From the NCBI GenBank assembly GCA_965287045.1, contig OZ336885.1:61566001-61630000 (forward strand): DNA of 64,000 nt, written 5' to 3'. Below the pieces are notes generated by a model. The model did no database searches. It had not been told where the DNA came from and saw nothing but the letters and a program-made list of their open reading frames with translations. Positions within the stretch are counted from its first letter, which is position 1, and each line of letters starts with the position of its first letter. Below, one piece after another: positions 28,801-43,800 of this stretch. Source of the stretch: Carcharhinus amblyrhynchos. Taxonomy: Eukaryota. A program made the translations under genes and the position numbers.

Positions 28801-31800
28801 TTCTCGTTTCCGGAGTGCATACAAATAACAGTGTGTTACCGAAAAGAAACAGATCATGTGTTGGGTATTACAAAGATTCAGGAAATCTCAGAAGTTTGGA
28901 GATTTTAGTGCCAGAGCAGAATGCAGTATGAGGGGACAGTGCATTCCCCAAATCTATTTTTAACCGCGCCGTTAACGACAAACCACACATTTGGTAAATC
29001 GGCCTAACAACAAGGGTGACCTCAGTGCATTTGATCCATGGAAAGTAAAATTGCTCATTCGTCACTCACAAATCATGCATCAGTATCATGATGTCCTCTA
29101 TTAACAAAGCGGCCAATCTCCTGTGAAAATCAAGTAAAAGAACTAGGCTCGATTGCCCAATGTCGTAAAGCACTCATAATCACTTACTCTCTTCCTTCAA
29201 CATGATCTTTTCTTCTGTAAAAGAGCATGAAAATATTTGAACGTCACCCACTACCAGAAAAAGCGTTTCGAGATCGATTAAGCTTTTCATGTCCATCAAT
29301 TAAATATTTGCAATCTGTCCCGCAAATATTGTCCCATTATGTTTTCCTTAGATTCAACGAGCTGCACCGTTTCATTTTTCCAACTTTCTTTCCAGAATAA
29401 TGGTTTGACTTTATATGTTCCCCAATCCTAATCTTTTTCTTCTGTGCCCTGGCAGGTTTTAAAAATTAGGACTTGAGACCAGCCATTCTGTCATCTTGTG
29501 GAGATGTTGGCGCTGGACTGGGGTAATCACGGTAAGAAGCCCCACAACACCAGGTTAAAGGTTTATTTGGTAGCAAAATCCAGTAGCTTTCGGAGCGCTG
29601 CCCTTTCGTCAGATGAGTGTGGGATTTCTATTTACAAACTGCGCATATAAAGATGCAAACTCAATTTACGAAAAAATGATTGGAATGCGAGTCTTTAAAG
29701 GCAACCGACTCTGAAATGTACAGACAATGTGATTGGAGAGAACGCTAAACACATGTTAAAGCGACGTGTATTGTCGCCAGACAGGGCAATTAGTGAGATT
29801 TTGCAAGCCCTGGCCAATCGTGCGGATGAAAGGTAGTATGACACTGCTGTTATATTGGAGTCCGACACTTTAGGTACTTTCAAGCGGATATTGAAAAGGC
29901 ACATGGATCACACCAGAATGAATGAGAGTGGGATTGCTTGATCTTGGTTTCGGACATACCTCGGTACAACATGGAGGGCCAAAGGGTCTGTACTGTGTTG
30001 TATTCTACTGTTCTATGTTCTATACCCACATTATCGTCTCCCATACCACACACTGACATAACATGCTCATTTATAAATCACCTTTCTCTTTCAGCTCCAA
30101 ATGCATATTGCCACAGTGACCTTTAATGTATTGTGTCCTTGTCTGGTAAGCCTTTTTTGCCAATAAAATTTTTAAAACCATTGGTGTCTTCCTGTATTTG
30201 GCCAGGGAGGGTTTTCACTTTCTCTTCATGATCTTCGATTTTTATCATTTTCCGGTCAGGGCTGCTCTTAATATACTCCCGTTGGGCATGCACAATTTTG
30301 ACTTCCCTATCTATCCAAAGAAAATTTCCCAGTGTCAATCCATGCGTATCCCTTTACGTCTAAACCTCGTCGGACTATTTGATACGAACACTTATTTTTT
30401 TTACACGGAAATGTTCGCCTTGTACTGTCTTATTGTCCTTTTGGTTAGATAGGTTTCCGTATCTTTATTCATATATTTTCCAGTTTATATCATGCGATGT
30501 TTATGTCGGATTTTTGTCTTTGTTAATGGGGATGACGTTTTTTTTTGCCAGAAGCTTGATGCTGATCAACATTATGAATTCCTCTTTAGATATATATCCG
30601 AAAACCTCACCAGCACTGGCGAAAAATTATGAGTCGCTTCATCGTCAACCAGTTGAAAACTTAGTAGGTTCCCTTCGTGTGAACAGTTGCGTGTCAGGTG
30701 CCCTCGTTGTCCAACGTGGATCTACTAATGCACGAAACAACTGAAAGTCATGAACTGCGAGCTTCCTTTTGAAACAATTATTTTGAGACTTAAGTTCCTG
30801 CCTCCAAACCCTAATTTCTACAGCACATATGTAAACGGTGGGATGTGTGTTACTTGCCAGCAGACATTCTTGTGGGTAATAGGATTTTTAATATCTTTTC
30901 ACTATTTTGCTCATTAATGTGTTCATCTGCTGAAGCATCATATGAAGGCAACAATGTTTGATGTATACTAACATGCGATTTCAGTATTGTTGTCTGTCGC
31001 AAGAAGCAATAGCAGGTCAGCGACCTCAAGCGAGATTCCAATTTCCAACTTTGCCCCTTACTTCGAGCAATTTCAGCCAGGAACTTGCTGCAAACTTATG
31101 CATACAACCCCCTGCATTTTTGCTTAATTATGTTAATATTTGTTCAGGATTGCTGTGGTGCATACTCTAATCATTGTTCATTGGACCATCTATCAATGAT
31201 GACAAATACGTTACGTAAACGACCATGTTTGGTTCATAATTGCATCATTCCTATGAATTTCACTTGGATCATCATGACAACATAAATAAGATTTCGTCAA
31301 CTGAACGCATGAACACAAAGCAGCAGTTCTTCTCTTGCTTTTGAGAACAATGTCAATCTTCACCGTTTACAAAATGTGCAATTCTTAGCCAAAAAAAAAA
31401 GCATTGTCAATTAACGCTATTTTCTGCTCTAGCTTACACTATATCTTAAATATGTTGTGGTCCGTCATTTCAAACATTATACTTTTAGAAGTGACCGTCA
31501 TTGTCATCTATACTATTAACGCCACAGACATACCTCCAGCAGTTAAGTGCCACGACTATTGGATGAACGTTTCATTTTGCCACGTTTCTGCGTCATTGAT
31601 GAAATAAACTACTATTCCTGATACTTTCAGAAATTAATGATTTTTTTTTCAAAAAGAAAACACCGGTTGGCTTTGAATTCATCTCTTTTTCTATAAAACA
31701 TAAATTAAATAATTGAGACGCTCCAACAAAAAATTCTGGAAGACAGCAATTTTCACATCTCAGCTGACATTTTCACAGCTAGGCAAATATAGGTCAAGCC

Positions 31801-34800
31801 AGCATTTACTTGCATCGACAAATAAACGGGTGCTATTGCATGGTCTGCTTGTGCTTACATGTGAAAAAAAACATAGCTGATTGTCTGCCGTGGTGCAACA
31901 TGCTCAGCCAAGATCATCGTACTTTCTACTGGATTATCCCCAATCTGAAAACATTGACTGATTGACTGGAAATCAAATAGGCATTTCTCCATTTTCTCCA
32001 TTGTCTTCATTCAGCGATTACGCAGCCCGTGTAATTCCACGCCCTCCACGGCCGCGCTTCCCCCACCCCCCACCCCCCAACGGGATCACTGAATATAATC
32101 AACACCGAGAAATATTGATTTTTGATCGACATGTAGACAACGATCAAAGTCGAGGTTAATTGATTTAATGGAATTGATGCAACAATCATTACATGAGCGA
32201 TAATATTGAACGCCGCAAGACCGTAGGAGCCGAATGGTATGACAATATTCAGAATTTCTCGTATACGCAAATGAAAAGTACTCACCTAAATCTTTGAAGT
32301 CCTTTTCGCATTCGATGCGCTCTGGAGTGCGAAGAAGTACATCTCCGTATATCCCCTTGAAACATGATTTTCTCAGAGTTCCCATGCAGGAGATGCATTC
32401 AAGCATATCGTAATTTGACATTCAATCTCACTGTAAGTGATACCCAGATAAGGCAGAAAGATTTACAAATAATTAAAACAAATGCAGTGACAAAACTAGC
32501 AGCATCCAGTTATGTGTCTTTGAGAACCGTTTTGTGAGCTAACAAGAACGTTTGGATGCACTGTTGTTTTTAATGAATATTGATGCTTTGTCCGAAATCA
32601 ATTTATTGGTAGGCATCACAGCAAAATGCATTTGGATGAAGATACTTTGAAAAAAAAATTGGGAGAGGAGAGATTTATCAACTGCACGTTCTGTTGGAAA
32701 GAATGTTTGGAAGAACTACTCACATTTAACTGATCTGGTTTATTATGGACGAGATGAACTTGTGCCCACACGTATTGTCACGAGTCAGTTTGTTTGGACA
32801 GTGACATTTAAGTGAAACCATGAGCACGTATATTTGAACTCTGCGGCATTTTAGACTGCAAGGCAGGGCGGCCAAGGCAGGATTAAACTTCCTGATTTCA
32901 CGATTTGATAAAGTGCCGTTATTATGGGAGTTGGATTCGACTGGCCAAATTATTTGACAGGTATTATTGCTGATTTAAGTATCCTGAAGATGGTTGATTT
33001 AAAGTTACATCACGGCGGGAATATTGATAAAATACGGAACTATAAATGGTTTATTTCCGTATATGTTGGATTCATCCGCGTGGTTTTCCTGCACGATAAC
33101 TATAAACCTTTGATGAATATCTGGCGGCTGCTGGTTCAAATAAAGGAACGGTTTCAATAAAGAGACACTGGCTGACTGAGTCTTCTGTTGTCAGTAGTTC
33201 AAGAAGTACTGGTCACTTCAGGACTCGAGCAAAACTACGGTGCAATGTTTAGGCAACAATTTGAAAGGCAGACACAATCGAACGAAAATGTTTATTTGGG
33301 CAAAACTTCGGCAAGTAAATAAATAGAGTAAAGACCAACATTATCACAACGCCAAAAAAATTGATTTATTTCAGGGAGAACGATCAATGTTTGAGTTGTA
33401 AATATGCATATGCTGAAGCTTTGAAGTCGTGAATATCGGCAACACAAATCTCGTAATGCAGGCAAGACATGGCATGTACTAATCTTCGCATCAGTTAAAA
33501 AAAAATGAAGGCGTGTAGGATAGAGGAGTTCAAAATAATGATCCGACAAAGAACGCGTGACTTTTATTGCAACGTTTCAGTGCGTCGTAACAGTTGTGCA
33601 AATACGCTGCAATAACATATTGTCCATTAATTGCATTACACAAAACAATAAAACAGTTCACCCGTTTAGTTTTGTGCGCATAATCTGATTCTAAATTCTC
33701 GTTTGTGCAATTCAAGGCAAAATAAATAGTTGTTTTCTAATGAATTATGATAAATGAAACGATTTGCTGAACAAGGAATTGCTATCTAATTCCTGAATGC
33801 ATCCTGAATGTCTGAGGAAATTATGCTTTCAATTCAGCTCACAATTGTTGTGGCAACCATTCGATATCAAGGAGATCATACTGCGATGCAGGAATAAATC
33901 AAACATTTTGAATGTCAGGACAATGCACACACCAGCTTCAGTGCCGCCTAATATTACGTCAATGTGAATACAATCAGCTGACATTTTGACATCGATTGCT
34001 GCTCAAAACAAACAGAATTCTGATTGGTTACCTTCTTCCTTTGATTTCAATTTCTCTTCTGTCAAATCACATTCAATAATTTAATGCATAAGTCCGTCAT
34101 TGTGGAGAAATTATCACTTTAATATTGTATTCTATTGTAATACTCTACTTGTTAATTCACCCATAAGCTCTATTCCATGTTCATGTGCATTGTTTGTCCA
34201 TATTACCATTCTGCAATTTGCACACTATGAAGTGTATCGTCGTCTTGAAAGAACATGGTGCAGAATTGATACTGATGCAGCACGGATAATTTGGACATAA
34301 TTGTCAAGGATGTGCTTGAACCAACTCAGTATGCAGTGTGAACTGTTGTTCCGAATTAATTCTTCACGAGAGTTGAAATATTTGATCGACGAGGTAGCAT
34401 AAAATGATTTTTACTGAGATGTAAAGACAAAAAAAGTAAATTTAGGGTCATGTGGCTGTATCAAATGGTTAAGCCAACATTAGTGCATTCAAGACATATT
34501 GTGTAGTTTAACAACTCTATGCAAGACACAATGCAGTATATTGGAGTACAGACAACTTCGTTAAAGTGAAAAAAAAACTTTTTTTTTTGGAAAACGCATC
34601 GTCCGACGTCATAAACTTGGGTGATGTAACTGAGTACAGATTTTGCACGATTTTTCTGAGACTTGGAGAGTTTGACAATCTTGAACTTGGAAAGTAATGT
34701 TATTTTGTCTCTACATGAAATATGAATGCATCATATACGACACGTTGCCCATTTCTTTTTATTTGTTGTCTCATATTTTTAGCTGCAATAACTTAACTCC

Positions 34801-37800
34801 TGTTCAGTGGTGCAAAAGTAGAACTCACCCAAGTCTTTCAATGTTTTTTTGCAAGCGATGAGCTCTGAAATGGGGGAATGGAATCTATTAACGTTTTAAT
34901 ATTAAGCAGAATTAACTATGGAATTATGACTTTATTCAAGAGTAATGTAAGAAAACACTGAAACTTCGCTTGGCTTTTTTTTGGAAGAAGTACAGATTTG
35001 AAACATTGATGCTGATCACGTGCCATTTGTTTCCTGTGAATTTGGCTAAATGCGCAAGCAGACTATTTGTATGTGTTCGTTGTATTGGTGCTCATTTCCA
35101 TAATTTAAAATATACATATATAAATAAATCCCGGCAATTATGTATGATAATTGAGGCTATAATGACGAGTACCAAATGGGTACCCTATTTATGGCTTATT
35201 CCCAGAATACCTTGGTAAAAGTTTTTTTTTCCCAATTCACCTAGCCGTTATCCTGACAGTCATTCAACATTCCAAATTTTGCGGTACGTACGTGTCGCCG
35301 TTTCAGATTGAGACTGCTCAATTACAAACCTGCGTATACCAATACCATTCAGCCTAAAATAAGCAAGTACATTCAGATGTCAGCATACCAGTGGACTATT
35401 CCATGACAGGCAATTGTGTATTCAATTCCAGGCCCTGAATATTGACAACAGTAATTTGTTCTTATTGGCTGAGTAAAAAAAAACACACTCTGATAGTAAT
35501 CGCCGACGAAAAGGACAAGTACGTTATGCAGATTTCCATTTCAATTTTATTCAGTAAGAAGATAGTCATTGTATGTTATATGCGTGTCACTTTCCATTCA
35601 TTTGTGTTTCTGCGTCCATCAGTATTTTTCATATTTTTCTGTAAGGAATCCCCATATTTCTGTATTTTGAGTGCCTAGATTCCAGCAGCTCGAATTTTCA
35701 TTGATCTGACTTCCGACCGCGTGCATCACTGCCTCCGACGCCTTGTCTCACAGGTGGGACCTCGAAACCCCTCTACTTGATAGACATGCAAAGCTTCAGA
35801 ACCCCTGCCACATTATATCCCCTTGGCCCCCGCCCCCTCCCACATTGTTCTTTTCTCCGGCCGTCCAAACCCTCATCAAGGTAAATGGAATAATACTTCG
35901 GTTTGCTACGAAAAGGATAGCTTGCAGTGTCAGACGAGAAGACACCAGTGTTACAGTAAAACAGTCTTCATGTAGGGAGCCGAAGTACAGACAGGGGTAG
36001 ACATGATTAGTTACATTCTGTACTGTAGACATTGCATTGTTTATTCATTCCTTGACATGGTCCTCGCTGGCTGGCCAGCTTTCATTCCCCATCTCTAGTC
36101 GCCCATGAGAAGGTGGTGGTGATGTGGCTTCTTGAATCACTGCAGTCCATGTGTTGTGGGCTGACCTCACAATACCGTCAGGGAGGGCATTCAGTTTCCT
36201 TGCGCGAGATGCATTCAATTAATCAATGGGAATTGTGTTTGCATATCGTCTTCCCCTGCACAAGAATATGCGACCTCGCTTAACAGCCTGATAATTCAAA
36301 TTGTTTTTTTTTTGTCTATGTTTCTATATTGGTGTTCATAGGGTTTTTTTTAGGCAATGTTTTGCTAAACTTAAGCTAAATACAGAGACTTGTGAATCTC
36401 AGTGTACTGATTTTAAGGTCTGCCTTTTTTCAGCAAACGATGTACTGTAGAATAATGCATTGCAACCCAACACTCCAGATGTTGAATGTGGGCAGCACAA
36501 TATCACAGTGAAATACAATATACCGCGAGTTCACTTTTACATCTCATAATCATATTATATCCTCCCTTTCCGATTGGCAGAATCTACTAAATACCTTCCT
36601 TCTGTTGCACAACAACACAGGGCGCCGAACAGTGAATTCAGGAATGCTTCCCACCGACTAGGCCCCACGTGACACTCCTCCGTCCGTGAGAAAATACGTA
36701 TGTCGGCCTTGCACTTGTGTTATTAACTTGAACCTGTAAAATTCCATTAATTACATGGCCATTGAGAGCCATTGTGTTCCTATCGACTGCTGTTAAATAG
36801 GTCACATTAAGTCACACTGTAGTCCCACGGAATGCAAGACTAGTCTGCAGACTCACCCTATGAAACCGTGCTCTATCTTCAGCCGCTGCCTGAATTTTCG
36901 CATGATGAATTCTCGGAGAAAAGTGGGTCTATTTCATCAGTTCAAAATACTAGTGCTAATGGACAATACTTGTTACTAAACAACGACGTTTCTTACTGCG
37001 ACAGTCCTTGTCAGCTCCCCCCATAGTATAAGGTAATTCACTCTTAATTCAGCATTGCTCGTGTTCTTAAACGCATAATCATGGGTTTTGCTGGCCTAAG
37101 TTAGACCCCGCCCTTCTCCCGTACGTGAATTGGACGGCATTTCTAAATGTCTGCTCAAAAGATGGGCAGAACGTTAATTAAGTGAATGCCCAAATGATTG
37201 ATTACCTCAACTGATTTTGTATCAATGGAATTATACATAATCGGATGAAGCTAGGTGATTCCTGTTCGAACTTAAAGTCGAATAGATCATTTTTCTGCTT
37301 TGAGCAAGGGGCTTTTACAACTGATTTTAATAATATTACATGAAATTGACATGTTCTATTTCCAGAGTGTATTTTGATGACATTTCTCTACGTTTTGATG
37401 CTGGTCATGCCATGAGTCGTTGGTGTAGCATCATCTTTTTTTCAATCAAATAGATTCTGTTGCATGGACAGAATGAAAGCTGACAATTAGTGGCACGTAA
37501 ATTAGTTCCAAAATGTATACGTTCGCAGCTTTCACGCGAAGACAAATGTTTTCAGTTACACTTCTTCAGTTGTCTTGCAGCTAAAATCTGTAATTCCTCG
37601 CTGATGTTCAGATAAGTTGTGTGCAACTTTTGGCTCACGCCATTCGTTTTTGTAATTAAATTAAAAAGTCGGCTTCACTAAGCTCACCTCATTTCATAAC
37701 TTGTTATCAATTTTGCAGTGCTTTACTTAAACAAACTGTCCAGGGGTATGTGAGAACAAGTACTATCCATTGTTTACTAACGCGGCTCCGCGGTGATTTT

Positions 37801-40800
37801 ATTGGCATCCTCCAGATCTGGGAGGAGGTAGAACAAAATACTCTAGCTGTCAATGTGTTCCTGACTGCAAATTCACGAGCAGGGCACTCTTGGACATTAG
37901 GAAAATCGCGACCAATGATGTACAAGGTCACCAAAGTTATTGTTCAATTTATCTCTCAGTGCTTCATAAATTCCCACTTTGTGCCTGATGCAACACTATG
38001 CTTCCTTCATTCAGTTCAAATTCAGTCAATTTTTTGCTAGTTAGGCATTTGCACGATAGCCTTCTTTCTCCTCAAGACAAACTAGAAGGTGAAATAGAAA
38101 ATTCAAAACAGCTATCCAACACAATCAATACAACTTTTGTTTTCGAATTCCTGAAGATTCATGAAATTCTTCGCCTTTCACAATGGTCAGTATTCACAAC
38201 AGTTTTATTAATCCTATCATCCACTTACAAATAATTAATAACTCTACATAGAACCTAGCATGTGTAGAGTTGGACTTAAATTTCTATTGTGCTGTGTGTT
38301 TAGTTTCAGTTTCATTGCACGATTGCAAATAGTAAATGAAGATAAATCAGATTGCGGAATGAAATTTTATTGTTTTTAAATTATTTGCTGGCCTGGACTT
38401 GAACGGTCGTGAACTCGTTCATTAGAAAACGTCATACCCTTTTGCGTTGCCTTCAACTTTTCTTCTGTAAGGCACAACATGCAGATTTGAGATTCAAAAT
38501 TAAAGTTTCTCTGTAAGATCACCTTTTGGAAAACAGTAATTCTCTGATCATAAGACCATAAGCTATCGAAGCAGGATGTGGGCATTTGGTGCATTTACTG
38601 GTTGGCATACTATCGTGGCTAATAAGGTTTTCAATCCCATTCTCCCTCTTTTCCTTGCCATCTTTGACCCCATTACCAAACAGAAACTATTCTATCTTTG
38701 CCTTAAATATGCTTGGATATCTGAACATATACTCTTCTGGGTTAATGAATTCAATAGACCCACCACACTGCAGACATTATTATTCATATCCGTTACACAA
38801 TGTTGTCCTTGAATCTGAGGGTCTGCCTGGTACGTCCTACTGATGGAAGGAATTTCCCCACATCAACACTGTTCAGGTCTTTTAATATTCGGTAAGTTGC
38901 AATGCGATCCTATCATTGTTGTAAGATCATCTAGTACAGATCCAGAGTCCTCAAACACTCATCATACATCGAACTTTAGATGCCTGGAATCATTGTCGTG
39001 AACTTCATTCTTATCATTTCCAAGGCCATCGCATTCGTTCTTAGGTACGGGGCCCAAAATTGTCCTTAATACTTCAAGTGTGGTCTGCCCAGAGCCTTAT
39101 AAATCCTTAGCAGTACATTCAAGTGTGTTTTTTTTCTATTCCTTTCGAAATGAATGCCATGATTGAATTTGCCTTCTGAACTAGCAGCTCAGCCTGAAAG
39201 TTAATGATAAGAAAATACTGATAAATGATTCACAAATCACTTTGCCCTGTTGGCGTTTGAATGCTTTCCCGATTTAGTAACCAGTCTACGCCTTCATTCT
39301 TCATAACGAAGTCTGTAACCTCACAATTTGCCACGTTGTATTTATTCTGCAACTTCTTTGCTCACGCAGCTTACCTGTCCAAATTCGTTTGCGCTTTCTT
39401 TACTTTGACAATTCTGCAACTCCCTCCCCCTATTTTGATATCATCTGCAAACCTATTCAAACTGCCAATAAAGTGTAAATCTGTGTCGCCGAAACTAACA
39501 CGTGCTGGCATCCATTAGACTTCGGCAGCCATTCTGAAAAAAATGCATTTTGTTGGAGATGGCACAGCAAACATGCGCTGTGAATCATTATTCGAGATTC
39601 TGCTCTCATTTCGCACCACGGCATAACAAACCCCAACGTAAGTCCTCCAGATCCGCAGTGCATTAGCGCTTCACCCCATCTCCAAGTAATTATTTCCGAA
39701 GGTGCCTCCAACGCAGCAGGAAATGCAAAGTTTCCCCTTTAGTACCAGAGTACGCGTCGAAGGGAAACCAGTTGGGATTGAAATCAAATGGGCCATCTCA
39801 AAATGGTATTCAGAATTATTGACCGTAATTCTCAAGTCACTCACGCTAGTACCTTTCTCCGGTCCTGCCAGCAGCGCACCTCCACTCGCGAATTTCCCAC
39901 CGGCTCCTTCACTTCAGTGGGAAATCCAATTAAAAATGTGGGACCAGTGAATCCCGCCAAGAGCAGAAAATTTCAAGATCCATTCCTTAAAGAATTTTGG
40001 ATAAGGTGAATTGTCGGACTTGCTGCGGTCACAGCACAGTCAAGGAAGCCGAGGGGCAGAGTACCAACGAGATAATTGGTGGATGACGACACAACTGCAG
40101 ACAGCCGCTACAGTTAACAGTGAATTGCTTACTCGGAAAATAGGCCTCAAAAATGTTGTTCTCATAAAATCTGCTTCGAGAATTGTCAGGGTATATTTCA
40201 CTATGTACCCAGAAGTTAATTGCATATGTCCCTTTAAGGTTCTTTGCATCTCTTGAGTTCTGCTTCAACGGAAACTATGCCGTTAGCCCACTTAACTAAG
40301 GCGAGATCAATACTATACACCTCCATCTTCACATAGTTGAAATAAATTCAATTGCGAAGAAATTGCATCGAAAATCCTACTTTCAATTTCAGACAAGTTT
40401 TATCCTGCCATTCCAACGTTGCACTGCGGCGAAATATTTACGACAAATCACGTTTCTTTTTTTCTGAATGGCTCCAGAAGCAGAGAATGATAGGGCCCAC
40501 TACAAAAAGTGGACTTAATTACATCTTGCCTGCGTTATTCTTTCATCGCTATCCCTGTACATTCAAATCTTAGCAGATTATTTGATCCTAACTGTTTTTT
40601 TTTTCACATGGAAATTTCGCCTTGTACTGCACTACCGTATTTTCGGAACGACAGGTTTCTGGATCTATGTTCCGATCTTTTCGGTTATGCCAGAAGTTTA
40701 ATGCTGGTGAACCTTAGGTGTTTCACACTTGATGTAAATAATTAAAGGCTTCACCGGCACAGGAGATTTTTTTTAAAAAAACTGGTTTCATCGACAATGA

Positions 40801-43800
40801 GTTCAAAAATAATTAGGTACACATTATGTCAACAGTTGCTATCGCGCGCCCCCGTTGTTCAACGTGAATATACCAATATTCAATTTAACTGAAAGCCATT
40901 TAGCTACATTCTTTCATTCGAATAAATGCGTTTTCAGCGTCCTTAACTGTTGGAAAAAGAAATAACAGATGATCTATCTACAGTTGAGATTCCAAATTTC
41001 TAATTTTACTTCATCCTTCAAACAGCTTCGGCCACAAACCTAATGGTTTAAAGCACGAAACCCCAAGCATCCCTGTTCAATTCTGTTGATATTTACTCCG
41101 AATTTCTTTGGTTTTCGCGAGACTCTTCCATCCTTCATGCAAAAGCAAACACCAACCATTTTCAAAATCAAACTTATTTATTTGTCCTACAAATGTAGGC
41201 TGGCTAACCTTTACTATTTAACCTCCACTCAGTTCTAGAAGTCAGTTAGTAAAAAGCACACGAATCAACAAGGCTGACCCCTGTTATACAATTTACAATC
41301 CATCAGGTAGATGTGATTTCAAATAAGACTTAAACACACATCATCTGATTCAATCAAAAACAAGTAGTTACAAGAAGTGTTGTATCAGAAAGAACGTCTT
41401 ATTTAAATACACATTTATTACTTAAAACCCCCACCCATCAGAACAAAAGCAGAATGTCTTTAGGATACGTCATTTGTTAGCGCAAATAAAAACAGTATCA
41501 CATGCTGAACTAGAGTCGCACCCCAGCGGAGCTCAGCAAGCTGGATCCTGTGGTTAACCTGTTTTGTCAGTTTGCTCCCATGACCTGTTTTTCTGCCGTT
41601 CATTCAAACCCAATAGTTCACTTTACCATCGACAGTGCGCATTAACTCTTTAATATCTCATCCCATCATTTTATCTTTCCATGATAATTAACTCATTAAT
41701 TGTTTAAGAAAAATAAGAACATTAAAAAAACATAAGAAATAGGAGCAGGAGTAGGTCATCTATCCACTCTAGCCTGCACCGCCATTCACTAAGATCATGG
41801 CTGATCTGACATGGATGAGTTCCACTTACCCGCCTGCTCCCTTAACCGTTAATTGCCTTATCGATCAGAAATCTATCTACCCGTGACTTAAACGTTCACA
41901 GGGGGCCGTTGGAAGAACGGACAAATAATTACACAGACATTTGAGATGCAATAAAATGATCAGCACAACCAAGACAATGATTCCTAGGTGCACTAGCATT
42001 CCTCCCCAGTCTCCAAATAAGTTACCAGAAAGCCACAAACAAGGGGGGTGTAAATATTGAATTTCTGTTTTTTTTTCTGATCTTATCTGCTGTCTCTCTA
42101 ATGTGATTGGCTAGGCTTGTTATATTTTCAGAGGAATCGTGGATACAGTTACAACACTCTATACCCACCAGAATGCATGCACCTCCCGATTCAGACTGTA
42201 AATAGTCCAAAGCCACCGGTTTTGAAGGGGTACCATTCAGATGACACTCACCTCTGCTGATACCTCACATATAGCCATGCCCATACTTTCCAGGCCGTCC
42301 GCTTTGCTATTGGATATTTTCTCAAGACCTGAGGCCATATCGGTCAGTTCTCAGGGATCATTGGCTTACAGTGGAGGGAAAGGCTACCGTCCAAAATTGA
42401 AGGGTTTCTGTGATAGACGGTTTTGGTCTCAAAAGGTGTATCTTGGGGTGAGGTGTAGGGAGTCAGAATGTCTGTTATAGGGAATTGCATCCGCTAGATA
42501 GCAAGATCTGACCAATCTCAAGGGAGCCATGGATAGGCGTTGTTTCCACAGATAAAATAGGTACCGTTATATGCAATCATGTCCCTCAGTAGTTCGGCAT
42601 CCATCCTTAGTTGGGCAATACCGTTAGAAAATATAATTTTTAGCCTATCCCTTTGGTGGCCCTCAGTGACATTGAAATTCAGGGCCCAACTACTGTGGCC
42701 TATCTGCTTAGTTTAATTTCTAAGGAACCTACTCATCCATTCTGCTAATTCATGACAGCAAAGTAGAGTGAGGCGTCTGATCTATTATATTTGGGTTTTG
42801 TTTTAGAAACATCGGCAAGTCAGATAAGTCAGGAGGCACCTCAAGTTCCTTTTCTTTCTTTGTTTGGTCTGTTTTTCTAATTTTTTTTTCATATCTCTAT
42901 ATTCCTTTTCTAAACTCTCTTGGTCAACTGAATTTCTTGCCTGTTTCTTGTAATTTTTCACATTCCCATTTCAAAATTTCCCAGGATTTGGGATTGCCCT
43001 CATTATTACATTCACTTATCCCACTTCGATGTGCATTGCCCTCCCAACTGGCCAGTTTTGACTTCGCAGTTAATCAGCTTTCTTTCTCCAAAGGGACATT
43101 AATACTTTCCTTTTACTTCCCGCATTTCGTTTCCAAATAGTCTCTTCGGATTTAATACAGCTCCCCATATCCCAGGTTCCCCTTAACAGCCAATTTCCGT
43201 TTCTTTTTTTTATTCAGGCAATCCACCAGTCATTTTAACGTTTTCTCATCAACCGGGTGCTGAAGACAGAAGGTGTTTCAAGGACTTCCGTTCCCTGATT
43301 TATCATACTTCGAGTTAGTTTAAATGAAAGGTTACTTCAGAGAACTGAAACCTCAATTGTTACCGACCTACGGACTCAACCCTAAGGTTAACGGGGGACT
43401 TGAACATCTGTTATCTTAACAAATAAACCTGGGGTCTCGAATCACCGAGTCACACGGACGACTCGAAATGCCCACTGTGTTAACAAACAAACCTGAAGAC
43501 ACGAACCACCGGCTCACTCAGGGGACTCGAACCCGGTTAAAGACTAGTCAGTGTTCAAGGATGTAAGTCATCCGCAGGTTCTGTCCATACCGGACCTTGG
43601 GTGATGAGAGATCGACTGAGTGTTAGTTCAGTGAGAGAGACCAAGATTAAACTTATCCTGTAGGCTGGACGTCTGACGTTACTGACACGCAGACGATTGC
43701 TTATTTACTCCATCCTGGAGTACATCTGTATATATTGGAACCCTGCTCGCAGCACCAAGTTTTAATTTTGCTTTTTCGTGAGAATCTTCCGTCTTTGATA

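Larger units (their letters stand above)
30340..39460. repeat. Segmental duplication copy A (four microexons plus a minus-strand CR1 remnant)
   Basis: Collinear similarity to copies B and C along its length, e.g. gagccgaatggt near 32226/45426/52694 and aactgagtacagatttt near 34628/47951/55198. Confidence 0.9.

Noticed and set aside
30611-30740. ~130-nt exon-like segment with AG/GT kept in all three copies (40755-40888, 51301-51432)
   Set aside because: Lengths are 130/134/132 nt, with stops in all frames of copy A; retention is explained by duplication.
31540-31566. TAAGTGCC miR-430/302-like seed repeated at ~44744 and ~52024
   Set aside because: No convincing pre-miRNA hairpin, and conservation no higher than the surrounding duplicated intron.
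36858-36890. 33-nt segment with a strong gtgagt donor
   Set aside because: TGA in the required phase; acceptor absent in copy C; region deleted in copy B.
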